A stretch of DNA of 64,000 nt, from contig CAWENF010000002.1 of NCBI GenBank assembly GCA_963810275.1, positions 32,001 to 96,000 of the forward strand, given 5' to 3'. Positions 30,750 to 40,292 of the stretch are shown piece after piece. The DNA comes from an uncultured archaeon (GTDB taxonomy: Archaea > Thermoproteota > Bathyarchaeia > Bathyarchaeales > Bathycorpusculaceae). The notes under the pieces were generated by a model, which did no database searches, had not been told where the DNA came from, and saw only the letters and a program-made list of their open reading frames with translations. The translations under genes were made by a program, and so were the position numbers. Positions within the stretch are counted from its first letter, which is position 1; every line of letters begins with the position of its first letter.

Positions 30750-31451
30750 TTGTCGAATCAACCAAACAGCCATAAAGGAACTCTCGTACTTCTATCGACA
30801 ACCGCCAGCAACGCTAACGCCTTAGGCTCCAATACGTACTTTGTGTTCCAGTACAACCCAGAAAAACTCGTGCATACATTCAATCAAAACACGACTGTCC
30901 AAAATGAGCTGCAGGGGGAGTTTTTCAGCTTAAAATTTGACCTTGATAGTGTAGACTTTGACGAAGCAACACAAACCCAAATTACATCGCAGTTTGGGAT
31001 ACACCCTGCACTTGCTTTGCTGGAAGCAATGACGCAACAACAAAAGACAGGCAACCAAACACTTGAGCCCATCATTGTCTTCAACTGGGGCACAAAACGC
31101 TCCGTACCAGTCCACGTTGTAAATATGAACATTGAAGAGCAAAGTTTTGATACTGCGCTCAACCCGACAAGAGCAACAGTTAATCTAACACTAAAAGTTC
31201 TTGAGACTACAGAAGTAAGCGGCAACCCAGAAGCGAAAAAACTTTGTCAAGCGCACCAAACCACCCGAGCATCGCTGGTGGATGTTTACAAGTTGCAGAC
31301 TGGGCAAGGCAGATCCACAGTGGGAGTATCCCAAGGAGTTCCAGGCACTGCTGTTACCTCAGTAGGGAACTTGGCAAGTGTGTCGAACCTAAAAAGCACC
31401 GTATCCAAGGTCGAAACAGTCAAAACTATTAGATCCATTAAACGCCGTTAA
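30750..31451 (+). CDS. Contractile injection system tube-initiator-like protein (Afp7/CIS_tube-like)
   Basis: FQYNPEKL, GIHPALALLE, IVFNWG.KRSVPV...IEEQSFDTALNPTRATVNLTLKVL. Confidence 0.75.
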   Translation: MSNQPNSHKGTLVLLSTTASNANALGSNTYFVFQYNPEKLVHTFNQNTTVQNELQGEFFSLKFDLDSVDFDEATQTQITSQFGIHPALALLEAMTQQQKTGNQTLEPIIVFNWGTKRSVPVHVVNMNIEEQSFDTALNPTRATVNLTLKVLETTEVSGNPEAKKLCQAHQTTRASLVDVYKLQTGQGRSTVGVSQGVPGTAVTSVGNLASVSNLKSTVSKVETVKTIRSIKRR

Positions 31452-31467
31452 CCGGCGCTTCTTTTTT
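31443..31467 (+). terminator. Hairpin plus T-tract closing the tube operon
   Basis: CGCCG-TTAAC-CGGCG followed by CTTCTTTTTT. Confidence 0.55.
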
Positions 31468-31539
31468 GTAGGCACAGTGTGTAGCAACACAGCTTCATTA
31501 TTCTTGTCGGTATTATGTAGCTTAAGGAAGCTAAATTTT

Positions 31540-31662
31540 ATGATTCTAACTGAAGAGCCGCCCCCGAATCCGCCTCCAAACCCAGAGCCAGAACCTCAAC
31601 CGCAGCCTGAACCGCCAAATCCTACCCCAGTAGAGAATAACGAACAAAAGCACCTGGGATAG
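31540..31662 (+). CDS. Proline-rich microprotein (40 aa)
   Basis: MILTEEPPPNPPPNPEPEPQPQPEPPNPTPVENNEQKHLG; the proline codons are varied. Confidence 0.4.
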   Translation: MILTEEPPPNPPPNPEPEPQPQPEPPNPTPVENNEQKHLG

Positions 31663-31786
31663 TAGTCTCAAAACGCCGGATTGTTCTCAACAGCTGAACA
31701 TTTTAAGTTAAAAAAACAAAATCTAAACCAATCCCTAACTTTTGAAACTCTTATATACGTCGCCTGATAATCTGATTGTGAGATTC

Positions 31787-32095
31787 ATGGCTGAAGTTTG
31801 TTCAACATGCGGACTCCCAAAAGACCTATGCGTTTGTGGAGAAATCGAAAAAGAGCAACAGCGCATTCGCATACGCCTTGAAACCCGTAAATTCGGAAAA
31901 GCAACCACTATCATAGACGGAATGGACGACAAAAACCAGAACCTGCAAAGCGTCGCCCAGAAACTTAAAACCTATTGTGCATGTGGCGGAACCCATAAAA
32001 ACGGGCAAATCATGCTGCAAGGGGACCATCGCGACCGCGTCAAAGAGTTCCTCATCAAAGCAGGTTATCCACAGGAAAACATTGAACTCCAGTAA
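31787..32095 (+). CDS. sui1: Translation initiation factor aIF1 (SUI1)
   Basis: CSTCGLPKDLC.C, RKFGKATT, CACGGT, IMLQGDHR; TATA at about 31751. Confidence 0.95.
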   Translation: MAEVCSTCGLPKDLCVCGEIEKEQQRIRIRLETRKFGKATTIIDGMDDKNQNLQSVAQKLKTYCACGGTHKNGQIMLQGDHRDRVKEFLIKAGYPQENIELQ

Positions 32096-32133
32096 ACAAC
32101 AAGTTCTCTGTCTCTAATGGTGTATGCGCTTTA

Positions 32134-32409
32134 ATGAAAATAGATGGCTTACGCGACGTTTTCAAACACTCAAAACGTAGGCGACCAACCCAAATTTTTT
32201 GTCCCAGATGCTGTAGCCCAAAAATCGAGTTATCAAAAAACATAGGCAGCACCGAGATTTGGTTAACTCCTAAAGAGTACTATTGTGGCGAATGCGGGTA
32301 TCACGGAATAATCGTGATGGAGCTAGAACCTGAATCTGAAACGGAGAATGAAAAAATCGAAGCAGATTTAAGAAAAGAAAAGGAAAACAAAGAGGTAAAT
32401 AAGCCCTAA
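32134..32409 (+). CDS. Small zinc-ribbon protein
   Basis: CPRC...WLTP..Y.CGECGY.G. Confidence 0.75.
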   Translation: MKIDGLRDVFKHSKRRRPTQIFCPRCCSPKIELSKNIGSTEIWLTPKEYYCGECGYHGIIVMELEPESETENEKIEADLRKEKENKEVNKP

Positions 32410-33350
32410 TCGGGCAACTCTAAATTAAGCTGTTTTTTAAGCGTCTTGTAGCGATTTCGCACCGTAACCTCAGTAACACCAGCGGCTTCAGCAATATCTT
32501 TTTGTGTCTTCTTCTCGTTATTCTGCAAACACGCAATATAGAGCGCTGCTGCGGCTAAGCCCATGGGGTCTTTTCCGGCGGCTGCACGCTTGCGCCTTGC
32601 CTCTCTTAGGATGTTTATAGCTGCACCTTGGGTTTTGCCTGAAATGCCGGTTTTTTCTGCGATCTTTGACACATATGTCAGGGGATCAGCGATTGGCATA
32701 TGCACTTCCAATTCTCTTAAGAGTAGCCTGTAGCATCGAGCAACATCTTTTTTGTCAACTAAGCTTGCTTCAGCAATTTCTCGTAGTGTACGGGGTGTTC
32801 CAGATCCGCGGCAAGCAGCGTACAAGGAGGCTGCTGCGATAGCTGCAATTGATCGACCTCTGACTAGGCCTTTGTCAAGTGCCTTGCGGTAAACAACGGC
32901 TGCTTTTTCTTTTATTGGCGAAGGAATGTAGACTTTATCGCTCAGGCGATCTAGTTCCGCCATGGCTTGAGCCAAGTTGCGATCAATCGAGCTGTGAACG
33001 CGGCTTCTGATTTGCCATTTGCGTAGACGCCACATCTGCAACCTTGTGGATAAAGGAAGTTTTCTTCCGAAAGCATCTCTGTCGACTTGGCTGATGGCTG
33101 TGGATAAGCCTTTGTCGTGAACTGAGTAAGAGGTTGGAACACCGACACGGCTTCTGGAGGCTTTTTCTTCTTGGGTGAAAGCACGCCACTCAGGGCCTTT
33201 ATCCATCATCTGTTCGTAGAGGACTAAGCCGCAGTCACCGCAGACCGTTTCGCCTGTGTCATAATCGTGAACTAGGTTTACGCCGCCGCATTCGGGGCAT
33301 TTGTCAGCCTGACGTGTTGCTGTTTTCTGACCTTCTCTTTTTATGCTCAC
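32406..33350 (-). CDS. tfb: Transcription initiation factor TFB
   Basis: CPECG..CGDCG zinc ribbon, GPEWRAF, HDKGLST, two cyclin folds, AGVTEVTVRNRY. Confidence 0.98.
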   Translation of the reverse strand: MSIKREGQKTATRQADKCPECGGVNLVHDYDTGETVCGDCGLVLYEQMMDKGPEWRAFTQEEKASRSRVGVPTSYSVHDKGLSTAISQVDRDAFGRKLPLSTRLQMWRLRKWQIRSRVHSSIDRNLAQAMAELDRLSDKVYIPSPIKEKAAVVYRKALDKGLVRGRSIAAIAAASLYAACRGSGTPRTLREIAEASLVDKKDVARCYRLLLRELEVHMPIADPLTYVSKIAEKTGISGKTQGAAINILREARRKRAAAGKDPMGLAAAALYIACLQNNEKKTQKDIAEAAGVTEVTVRNRYKTLKKQLNLELPD

Positions 33351-33674
33351 ATCTTATACCTCACGTTTATGTGCGTAGAACCGTCACCATAGGCCATTTT
33401 GGCTAGAAAATAGTACATTCGGCCCGCGCAGTCTTAGCTGATTGACGGTTTTTATATTTAAATTTTTTGGTTTAATAAACCTATTGCACACTATACTTTC
33501 TAAAAAACAGAGCCTTTCAAAACCAATCAAATGCAGAAAAACACACAAAAATGTATAACTATTCTCGAAGGAAGCTCAGAAAAACCATACCCCAAAACAA
33601 GACCAGACACCCAAAACCTCTCCTCAAGCGTTTTTCCGTAAGGTATAATTCAACAAAACACCACTATCCACACG

Positions 33675-34763
33675 GTGCACCCGGCTAAATTGAACATGCC
33701 CCCAAAAGAAGCAAAACTAAACATCCCCGTAGACCTCATTCGAACAATAGCTATAGTAGCCGTAATCTTGCTGCACTCAACAAACGACTTAACCAATACA
33801 ACCGTCATGGGCGTCAACGAAATTTACCGCTGGTGGACCGTAGACATCTATCAGTCAATCGGGCGTTTAGGTGTGCCGCTATTTGTCATGTTAACTGGTG
33901 CGTTGCTGCTTCAGCCCTCAAAACGGGAGGATTTAGGCACGTTTTTTGGCAAGCGCTTTGCAAGAATTGGGTTGCCGTTTCTTTTTTGGGGTGCATCGTA
34001 CTTTATGTGGGACGTCTATGTTGAGCAACAGCAGGTTACGCAGGCATTCATAGTTCAAGGTATCCTGACTGGTCCTTACCTGCATTTCTGGTACATATAC
34101 ATGCTTGTGGGGTTGTATTTCGTTACGCCGTTTCTGCGTTTAATGATGGCACAAGCCAGCAGCCAGCTGTTCAAGTATTTTGCAGTTTTGTGGTTTGTAG
34201 GCACCGCTTTAGTCCCATTCATTTATCTGCTTACTCCTTATGAGGTGGATGCTAACCTTTTCATCATACCAGCGTTTTTGGGTTATTTTGTACTGGGCTA
34301 TTATCTGCTCAGGGTTAAGGTTAACAGAAAACTGCTGGTTGCGATGCTTGCGTCAGGGTTGGTGTTGTCCACGTTGGGCACCTATATCATCGCTGGAACA
34401 GTGGGTGGCAAAACCCAGTTCTTTTTCCAGGAATATGTCAGCCCGTCCACGATTTTAGCTTCTATAGCACTATTTCTGCTTTTAGCAAACATGAAGTCTG
34501 CGCCTGAGCCACATCTGAGAGGCAAAACGTCGGTTTGGCAGCATTTTCTGCATGTGGTTAGCGTGAATACTTTGCCGATTTTCTTTTTCCACCTTATGGT
34601 GCTCTATGTGCTTCAGAAGGGGTATCTTGGGTTCACGTTAAACGGAAACACTGTAAACAGTATTATTGGGGTTCCCTTAGCCACTTTTCTGACGTTATTG
34701 ATTAGTTTGGCGGTTATTGTTCCCCTCAAAAAAGTGCCAATCTTAAAGCGATTGCTGGGCTAA
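33675..34763 (+). CDS. Acyltransferase family 3 (WecH-like O-acetyltransferase)
   Basis: DLIRTIA..VILLH, VPLFVMLTG, HFWYIY; multiple TM segments. Confidence 0.88.
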   Translation: MHPAKLNMPPKEAKLNIPVDLIRTIAIVAVILLHSTNDLTNTTVMGVNEIYRWWTVDIYQSIGRLGVPLFVMLTGALLLQPSKREDLGTFFGKRFARIGLPFLFWGASYFMWDVYVEQQQVTQAFIVQGILTGPYLHFWYIYMLVGLYFVTPFLRLMMAQASSQLFKYFAVLWFVGTALVPFIYLLTPYEVDANLFIIPAFLGYFVLGYYLLRVKVNRKLLVAMLASGLVLSTLGTYIIAGTVGGKTQFFFQEYVSPSTILASIALFLLLANMKSAPEPHLRGKTSVWQHFLHVVSVNTLPIFFFHLMVLYVLQKGYLGFTLNGNTVNSIIGVPLATFLTLLISLAVIVPLKKVPILKRLLG

Positions 34764-34877
34764 GAGGGCTCAAGCAGAAACAATTCATGCATATTGCGGT
34801 GCAAGAACGCTTATTAGGCAAAACTATGCCCTTTTACCTCTAACAATAAATAATACCGCACAAAAAGAAATGCGCGC

Positions 34878-34950
34878 AGCCCGTTGGTGTAGTGGTCAAG
34901 CATAGAGGCCTTTGGAGCCTTTGACGAGAGTTCGAATCTCTCACGGGCTA
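34878..34950 (+). tRNA. tRNA-Gln (TTG)
   Basis: Acceptor AGCCCGT/ACGGGCT, D arm GTGTAGTGGTCAAGCAT, anticodon loop CT-TTG-GA, T arm GAGAG-TTCGAAT-CTCTC. Confidence 0.95.
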
Positions 34951-35219
34951 CTTTTCGCTCTTATTTATGTTGGACTGATGTTTTGCATTAAATGTCGTGT
35001 ATAAAGTTTGTTTCGTCTTCAAGTTCATTTCAATTATGATACATTCAAATCTGAATCTTTTTAACTCGATTCTTTAACCTATGGCAAACGAGATCGACTA
35101 TTTGCAGAATATCGATAATTCGCATGAGCAAGTGACGCTAAACTCTGTTTTTGTTGCTATGAACAGTTCTTATAAAGAGTTAAATATTCCAATTACTAAA
35201 GTTGAAATTAAGGATTTTT

Positions 35220-35537
35220 ATGGAAAATAACTCCGAGCACCAGCTTAGACAACACTGGCAACATTGGAAAATGACAATCGCAGGCTCAGCCATTGGTTTC
35301 ACGGTACTTATCATAGACTTATTCTACATGTACTTAACAAATAGGCTGCCTTCACTTGCTAGGGGAGAAATCGTAGAAATTATACTACTTGTAATTCCAT
35401 TATTCATATTTGCATGGTTTTTGCGCATGGGGATATGGGAATATGAAGAAATTAAAGAAGAACTTAATGCCGCAAAAAAAGAGGCCCAAGTAAAAAAAGA
35501 ACAGGTGAGTCTTCACTTGAACGCCTTTAAGAAGTAA
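35220..35537 (+). CDS. Small 2-TM membrane protein between tRNA-Gln and its 3' repeat
   Basis: Two hydrophobic segments and a charged tail; TATA TTATAA at about 35170. Confidence 0.65.
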   Translation: MENNSEHQLRQHWQHWKMTIAGSAIGFTVLIIDLFYMYLTNRLPSLARGEIVEIILLVIPLFIFAWFLRMGIWEYEEIKEELNAAKKEAQVKKEQVSLHLNAFKK

Positions 35538-35576
35538 AATGAAGTAACTGGCAGCCTTAAAAACTGGCATTTGAAT

Positions 35577-35601
35577 GAGAGTGCGAATCTCTCCCTAGCT
35601 A
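35577..35601 (+). repeat. Degenerate copy of the tRNA-Gln 3' end (att-like)
   Basis: GAGAGTGCGAATCTCTCCCTAGCTA vs GAGAGTTCGAATCTCTCACGGGCTA (21/25). Confidence 0.7.
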
Positions 35602-35717
35602 TCAGATTATCTTCGAAAAAAGTTTTTTGATTCTGCATCAAGCTTGTAGCGAAATGTATCAATACCGAAACTGAAGTCTTATATCGTTTGGGAATTTGTT
35701 TCTAAAAGGGTCAGATT

Positions 35718-36245
35718 ATGGTTGTCTATTCTGAGTTAATACCACCAGAAGCTATTCTTCGAGGCGTGGGTAATGCAAAGAAAGTAACTATCATCGCTTG
35801 TCCACATTGCGCCAATCTGAGTGTGGCTTATGCTAAAGCTATTCCTTTTGGGAAAGCAATAGGCGGCGACTTGCTAAGCATGATTACTTCAAAGCCCTCT
35901 GCGATTATCTTGGAAGCTAAAAAGATTAAGGAGTTACTAGAGACCAAGGGAATAGCTGCAAAAATTGAGGTTTTGGGCAAACTAATGCCACCATGCGGAC
36001 TAAGTGAAGCAGGATATCAGAAAATTGAGAAAATATCGAAGGATTCAGATTGTGTTATTGCACTTTGCTGTATAAGCGGCTGTTTGGGTATGAAGAATGC
36101 GTTGCCAAAAACATGTAAGATATTTCCAGCGATGAACACAGTTGGTTGGATGGAAAGTTTTCGAAAGATAGAGAATGGACAGTTGGTTCTAGATAGAGAT
36201 AAGTCTAAAGTAATTTATGCCAAAGGCCACAAAGACAAGTCTTAG
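35718..36245 (+). CDS. Cys-rich protein resembling the N-terminal part of MetV/MTHFR-associated proteins
   Basis: KKVTIIACPHCA...C...VIALCCISG...FPAMNT. Confidence 0.5.
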   Translation: MVVYSELIPPEAILRGVGNAKKVTIIACPHCANLSVAYAKAIPFGKAIGGDLLSMITSKPSAIILEAKKIKELLETKGIAAKIEVLGKLMPPCGLSEAGYQKIEKISKDSDCVIALCCISGCLGMKNALPKTCKIFPAMNTVGWMESFRKIENGQLVLDRDKSKVIYAKGHKDKS

Positions 36246-36697
36246 AAACATCAAAGCAGGTAAGCCAGAAGCAACACTCTCTGATTAGAGCTTGAATAGG
36301 AAACAAGCCATTAACATATTTCATTTTTTTAGGAAAAAATGGTAATAGAAGTAATAGAAAATTTAATTCGTAACAAATTGCAATCTCAATGAACTAAATT
36401 ATTTAATACTTACATAATCACGTTGGTTGAATAAACGCCTGAGTACAAGGGTTGTTGGTGCTTTTAGTGAGACATCTTTAAAAGATTTGCCTTATGTAAG
36501 GTTTTATGGCAGTTTTAGTCTGTAAAACGTTTTGGAGCCTAGTTTTCCGGCTGACTATTCGTGATTACTTTTCGTTTTACAATAGTTATCATTTAGTGGT
36601 GTTGTAGTTGTTTTGATACAGTCACAAACTACTATATCATGACAAAAGAATACTCAAACTGATATACAGAGGTTAAAACGCTTAAGGAGTTAATGGT

Positions 36698-36937
36698 TTG
36701 AATAGAAACGAAGCGGTCTTCTTCTTGGAGAATGTGTTGGCATGTTACTGCGGAAACTCAATAGCCGCTTTTGGGCTAACGGAAAATAGAAACAACGGTA
36801 GCAAAGCAGTAAACTATGGGTTTTACATAAAAGAAGTCGCCACCCAAACAGCTAAGGATAGCAGAGAGTGCTTTGCTTCAAAAAACAATTTGCATGTTAC
36901 AGAGCAGAACGGTGCGATAATTTATAGGTCAAAATAA
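36698..36937 (+). CDS. Hypothetical protein
   Basis: GGAG RBS then TTG; 79 aa. Confidence 0.4.
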   Translation: MNRNEAVFFLENVLACYCGNSIAAFGLTENRNNGSKAVNYGFYIKEVATQTAKDSRECFASKNNLHVTEQNGAIIYRSK

Positions 36938-36961
36938 CTAAAAAAGAAAACAAAATGAGTT

Positions 36962-39814
36962 TTAAGAGGAAGAGGATGAAGATTCGCGGGTTTCTTTAAC
37001 CAGCGGTTTAGCCTCGTCGATTGGAAGTTCCTCAGCAGTAGCTTTAGCTGGTTTGGCCTCGGCTTTGTCAACGTCGGTTGGGGGTTCAGGAAGGTTATTT
37101 TGTACGCATCGGAAGTCAATATCTTCGCCCTTCAAATTTAAGGTTGCCTTCACGGTACCGTCGCTAAGGTATTCAATGGCAAATCCCATCTTCTTTGTTA
37201 AACTCAAAGCACGGTAATTGTCCTGTAGCATGATTGCATACACGTTTTCAACTCCCTTCTCTTTGGCTATATCAAGCGTGTAGTCAACCAGTTTAGTGCC
37301 TAAGCCCAAGCCCTGCCAATAGTCGGAGACGATAAACGCCATTTCACTGTGTCTGCCGTCGGACTCAATGCTAAGGCGGCTGACGCCAAGGATTTTGCGC
37401 TTGCCGTTCTCAACCACTTCGGCGACCATTGCGACTTCTCGGTCGTAATCAATGTTGCAGTATCGAACACGAACCTCATGGGGCGTGTCTTTGAGCATCT
37501 GGAAGAAACGGTAGCGTATGGATTCTTCAGATAGACTCTGGAACCACTCAAGCCACATAGGCTCATCTTCTGGCTTAATTGGGCGAAGGAGCACTTCCTG
37601 TCCATTCTTAAGCAACCATAAGATTTCGTACTTCTTGGGGTACGGGCTGATCACCATATGTTCGTGAGGTTCAAAGTGTTTGCAGACCTTGTCCTTGTCC
37701 ACGACTATGCGTGCATCAAGGATAGTGGCGTCTTTATCACTTATCAGCATGGGGTTAACGTCGATTTCTTTGATTTGTGGGAAGTCCGTTAGCAGTTGGC
37801 TAAATAGTAGTATGGTTTCGTCAAGACGCTTCAGATCAACTGGAGTGCTGCCTCTGTAGCCTTTAAGCAGACGGTAAATCTTAGTTTCATCAAGCATGCG
37901 GTGAATCAAAGTAGTGTTTAGCGGTGGCAATGCAATTGAGTAGTCTTTGAAGAGTTCCACGCCAACTCCGCCCATTCCGAACAAGATGCAGGGTCCGAAC
38001 ACTGGGTCGGTTTTGCCTCCGATGATTATTTCGTGACCTTTCTTCTCAACCATTGGCTGTACGGTAACTCCGATGATTTGTGCGCTTGGGTTGTAAGCGG
38101 TTGCGCGCGATATTAGTAGCTCAAAGGCTTCTCTGACCTCTTTAGGTGAGTTGACGTTTAGGATAACTCCTCCAGCGTCGGATTTGTGAATGATCTGCGG
38201 AGAAAGAATCTTTAGCACAACTGGGAAACCCATCTCAGTAGCAAACATAACTGCTTCGTCAACATTGTTGGCAACGGCAGTGCGCACGACTGGGAAGTTG
38301 TAGTACTTAAGTATCTTTTTAGCTTCATCCTCGGTCAGAATTTCTCTGTCTTCAAACGCTGCGTTACGCAGAATAGCCATAATGGGTCGTCTTGGCGGTG
38401 AAGCATCCACTGGAAGCTCCTCGGGGGTTTCGTATAGCAAATCGATGTTGCGTTGGTAATTGTACATGTACATGTAGGTTTTCAGTGCTTGCTCGGGGGT
38501 GCTATAGGTTGGGATGTTGTTGGCGTTTAAGATGTTGTTTGCTTCCTGCACAGCTCCAAAGCCCATAAAAGAGGTGACTATGGTTTTGTTTTGATAGGGT
38601 TTGTTGCGTACCAATTCAACAATAGCTTTTGCGATTTCCACCGATTCGCTAACTGCCTGCTGAGTGAAGATGATTAGGATACCATTGACATTGTTGTCGT
38701 TTAGTGCTGCTTCTAAAGCGGCTTTGTAGCGGTCTGCTTTAGCGTCGCCTAAAACGTCGATGGGATTGCCGTGGCTCCAAAACGGAGGTAAAACCGCGTT
38801 AAGTGAATCGATTGTTTTCTGGCTTATTTTGGCAAGTTTTCCGCCTAGCCCGATAAGCGAGTCTGTTGCCATGACTCCTGGTCCGCCTGCATTAGTAATA
38901 ATTGCCAAGTTGTTGCCTTTAGGTAGTGGCTGAGTGCCTAAAACCTCGGCTGCGTTGAATAAGTCGGCGATTTCGCTGACACGCACTACACCCGCACGCT
39001 TAAACGCGGCATCGTAGATGTCGTCTGAGCCTGATAGTGAGCCAGTATGAGATGCTGCTGCTTTTGCGCTCTCTGTGAATTTGCCTGATTTAACTACTAT
39101 GATGGGTTTGGTTCTTGCGAAGTGACGGGCGGCACTCATGAATTTGCGTGCTTCAGTTATGCCCTCCACATACATGAGGATACTTTTAGTTTTAGGGTCG
39201 CTGCCGAAATAATCGATTAAGTCACCGAAGTCCACGTCAATCATGGAGCCCACGGAGACGAAGTTACTAAAACCAATATTCTCGTGAATTGCCCAGTCCA
39301 AAATAGCAGAGCCCAACGCACCGCTTTGAGACAGAAAGGCTATGTTGCCTGCTTTAGGCATCTTGTCAAGAAAAGTAGCATTAAGATTAATTCTGGGACG
39401 CAAAACACCAATACAGTTAGGTCCAATAATTCGGACGCCATATTTTTTGGCTACTTCACCCACCTTGTCTTCAAGGGCTTTGCCTGCAGGCCCAGTTTCT
39501 TTAAATCCAGCTGATACTATGATAACGCCTTTCACGTTAGCTTTTCCACATTCTTCCATGACTTGTGGCACGGTTTTTGCAGGCGTCGCAATCATCGCCA
39601 GGTCCACTTGCTCGGGAATCTGATTAACTGTCTGATAAGTTTTAACACCTAAAATCTCAGCTTTCTTTATGTTAACAAAGAAGATCTTGCCAGCGAAACC
39701 TGATTGTGTAAAGTTTTTAACGATTGCGTAACCGACGGAACCTTCCACGTCACTGGCGCCTATGATAGCTACAGTTTGAGGATTAAAGATTTTGTCAAGG
39801 TTAGTGGTGACCAT
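36962..39814 (-). CDS. Acetate-CoA ligase (ADP-forming) family / GNAT acetyltransferase fusion (Pat/PatZ-like)
   Basis: IIGPNCIG, SQSGA, AAASHTGSL, NAGGPG, NPID, HKSDAGGV, DPVFGP, and a C-terminal GNAT (WQGLGLG). Confidence 0.92.
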   Translation of the reverse strand: MVTTNLDKIFNPQTVAIIGASDVEGSVGYAIVKNFTQSGFAGKIFFVNIKKAEILGVKTYQTVNQIPEQVDLAMIATPAKTVPQVMEECGKANVKGVIIVSAGFKETGPAGKALEDKVGEVAKKYGVRIIGPNCIGVLRPRINLNATFLDKMPKAGNIAFLSQSGALGSAILDWAIHENIGFSNFVSVGSMIDVDFGDLIDYFGSDPKTKSILMYVEGITEARKFMSAARHFARTKPIIVVKSGKFTESAKAAASHTGSLSGSDDIYDAAFKRAGVVRVSEIADLFNAAEVLGTQPLPKGNNLAIITNAGGPGVMATDSLIGLGGKLAKISQKTIDSLNAVLPPFWSHGNPIDVLGDAKADRYKAALEAALNDNNVNGILIIFTQQAVSESVEIAKAIVELVRNKPYQNKTIVTSFMGFGAVQEANNILNANNIPTYSTPEQALKTYMYMYNYQRNIDLLYETPEELPVDASPPRRPIMAILRNAAFEDREILTEDEAKKILKYYNFPVVRTAVANNVDEAVMFATEMGFPVVLKILSPQIIHKSDAGGVILNVNSPKEVREAFELLISRATAYNPSAQIIGVTVQPMVEKKGHEIIIGGKTDPVFGPCILFGMGGVGVELFKDYSIALPPLNTTLIHRMLDETKIYRLLKGYRGSTPVDLKRLDETILLFSQLLTDFPQIKEIDVNPMLISDKDATILDARIVVDKDKVCKHFEPHEHMVISPYPKKYEILWLLKNGQEVLLRPIKPEDEPMWLEWFQSLSEESIRYRFFQMLKDTPHEVRVRYCNIDYDREVAMVAEVVENGKRKILGVSRLSIESDGRHSEMAFIVSDYWQGLGLGTKLVDYTLDIAKEKGVENVYAIMLQDNYRALSLTKKMGFAIEYLSDGTVKATLNLKGEDIDFRCVQNNLPEPPTDVDKAEAKPAKATAEELPIDEAKPLVKETRESSSSSS

Positions 39815-40122
39815 TACTATTTCCTTCTTGTAGGTGCGTGTAAAGGAACAAATTAAAGCTTATTGTTCGAGAAACAAAAATTTACCGAACGTAAAGTTGA
39901 TTCTAAGACACAAATCCGCAGTTGAAGCTTTACACTAAATGGAGAGGTGGTTACCGTTTATTTATGTTTAGCTTCAAAAAATTATGGCAATCGCCCCGCC
40001 GCTTAGCAAGAAAACAGACAGCAGATCAACCGTCAATCAGGAGTCGCCGTAAACATTTCATCTAAATAGGCCTCTGGCGCCAACAATATTTTTATGTGGG
40101 ACTCCATCATAGAATGACAGTT

Positions 40123-40198
40123 GCTGGGGTGGCCGAATCGCTGAGGCGGTAGCCTGCAGAGCTGCTTTATATGGGTTCAATTCCCATCCCCAGCTCCA
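40123..40198 (+). tRNA. tRNA-Cys (GCA), CCA encoded
   Basis: Acceptor GCTGGGG/CCCCAGC, U73, anticodon loop CT-GCA-GA, T arm ATGGG-TTCAATT-CCCAT. Confidence 0.9.
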
Positions 40199-40292
40199 TC
40201 GTATCTTCTCCAAGAGCTAATTTCAACTAAACCTTATCTACTGTTTGCCTTATTGTTTAGTAATCGGTCAAACATAAAATTCGGATGGTGCC

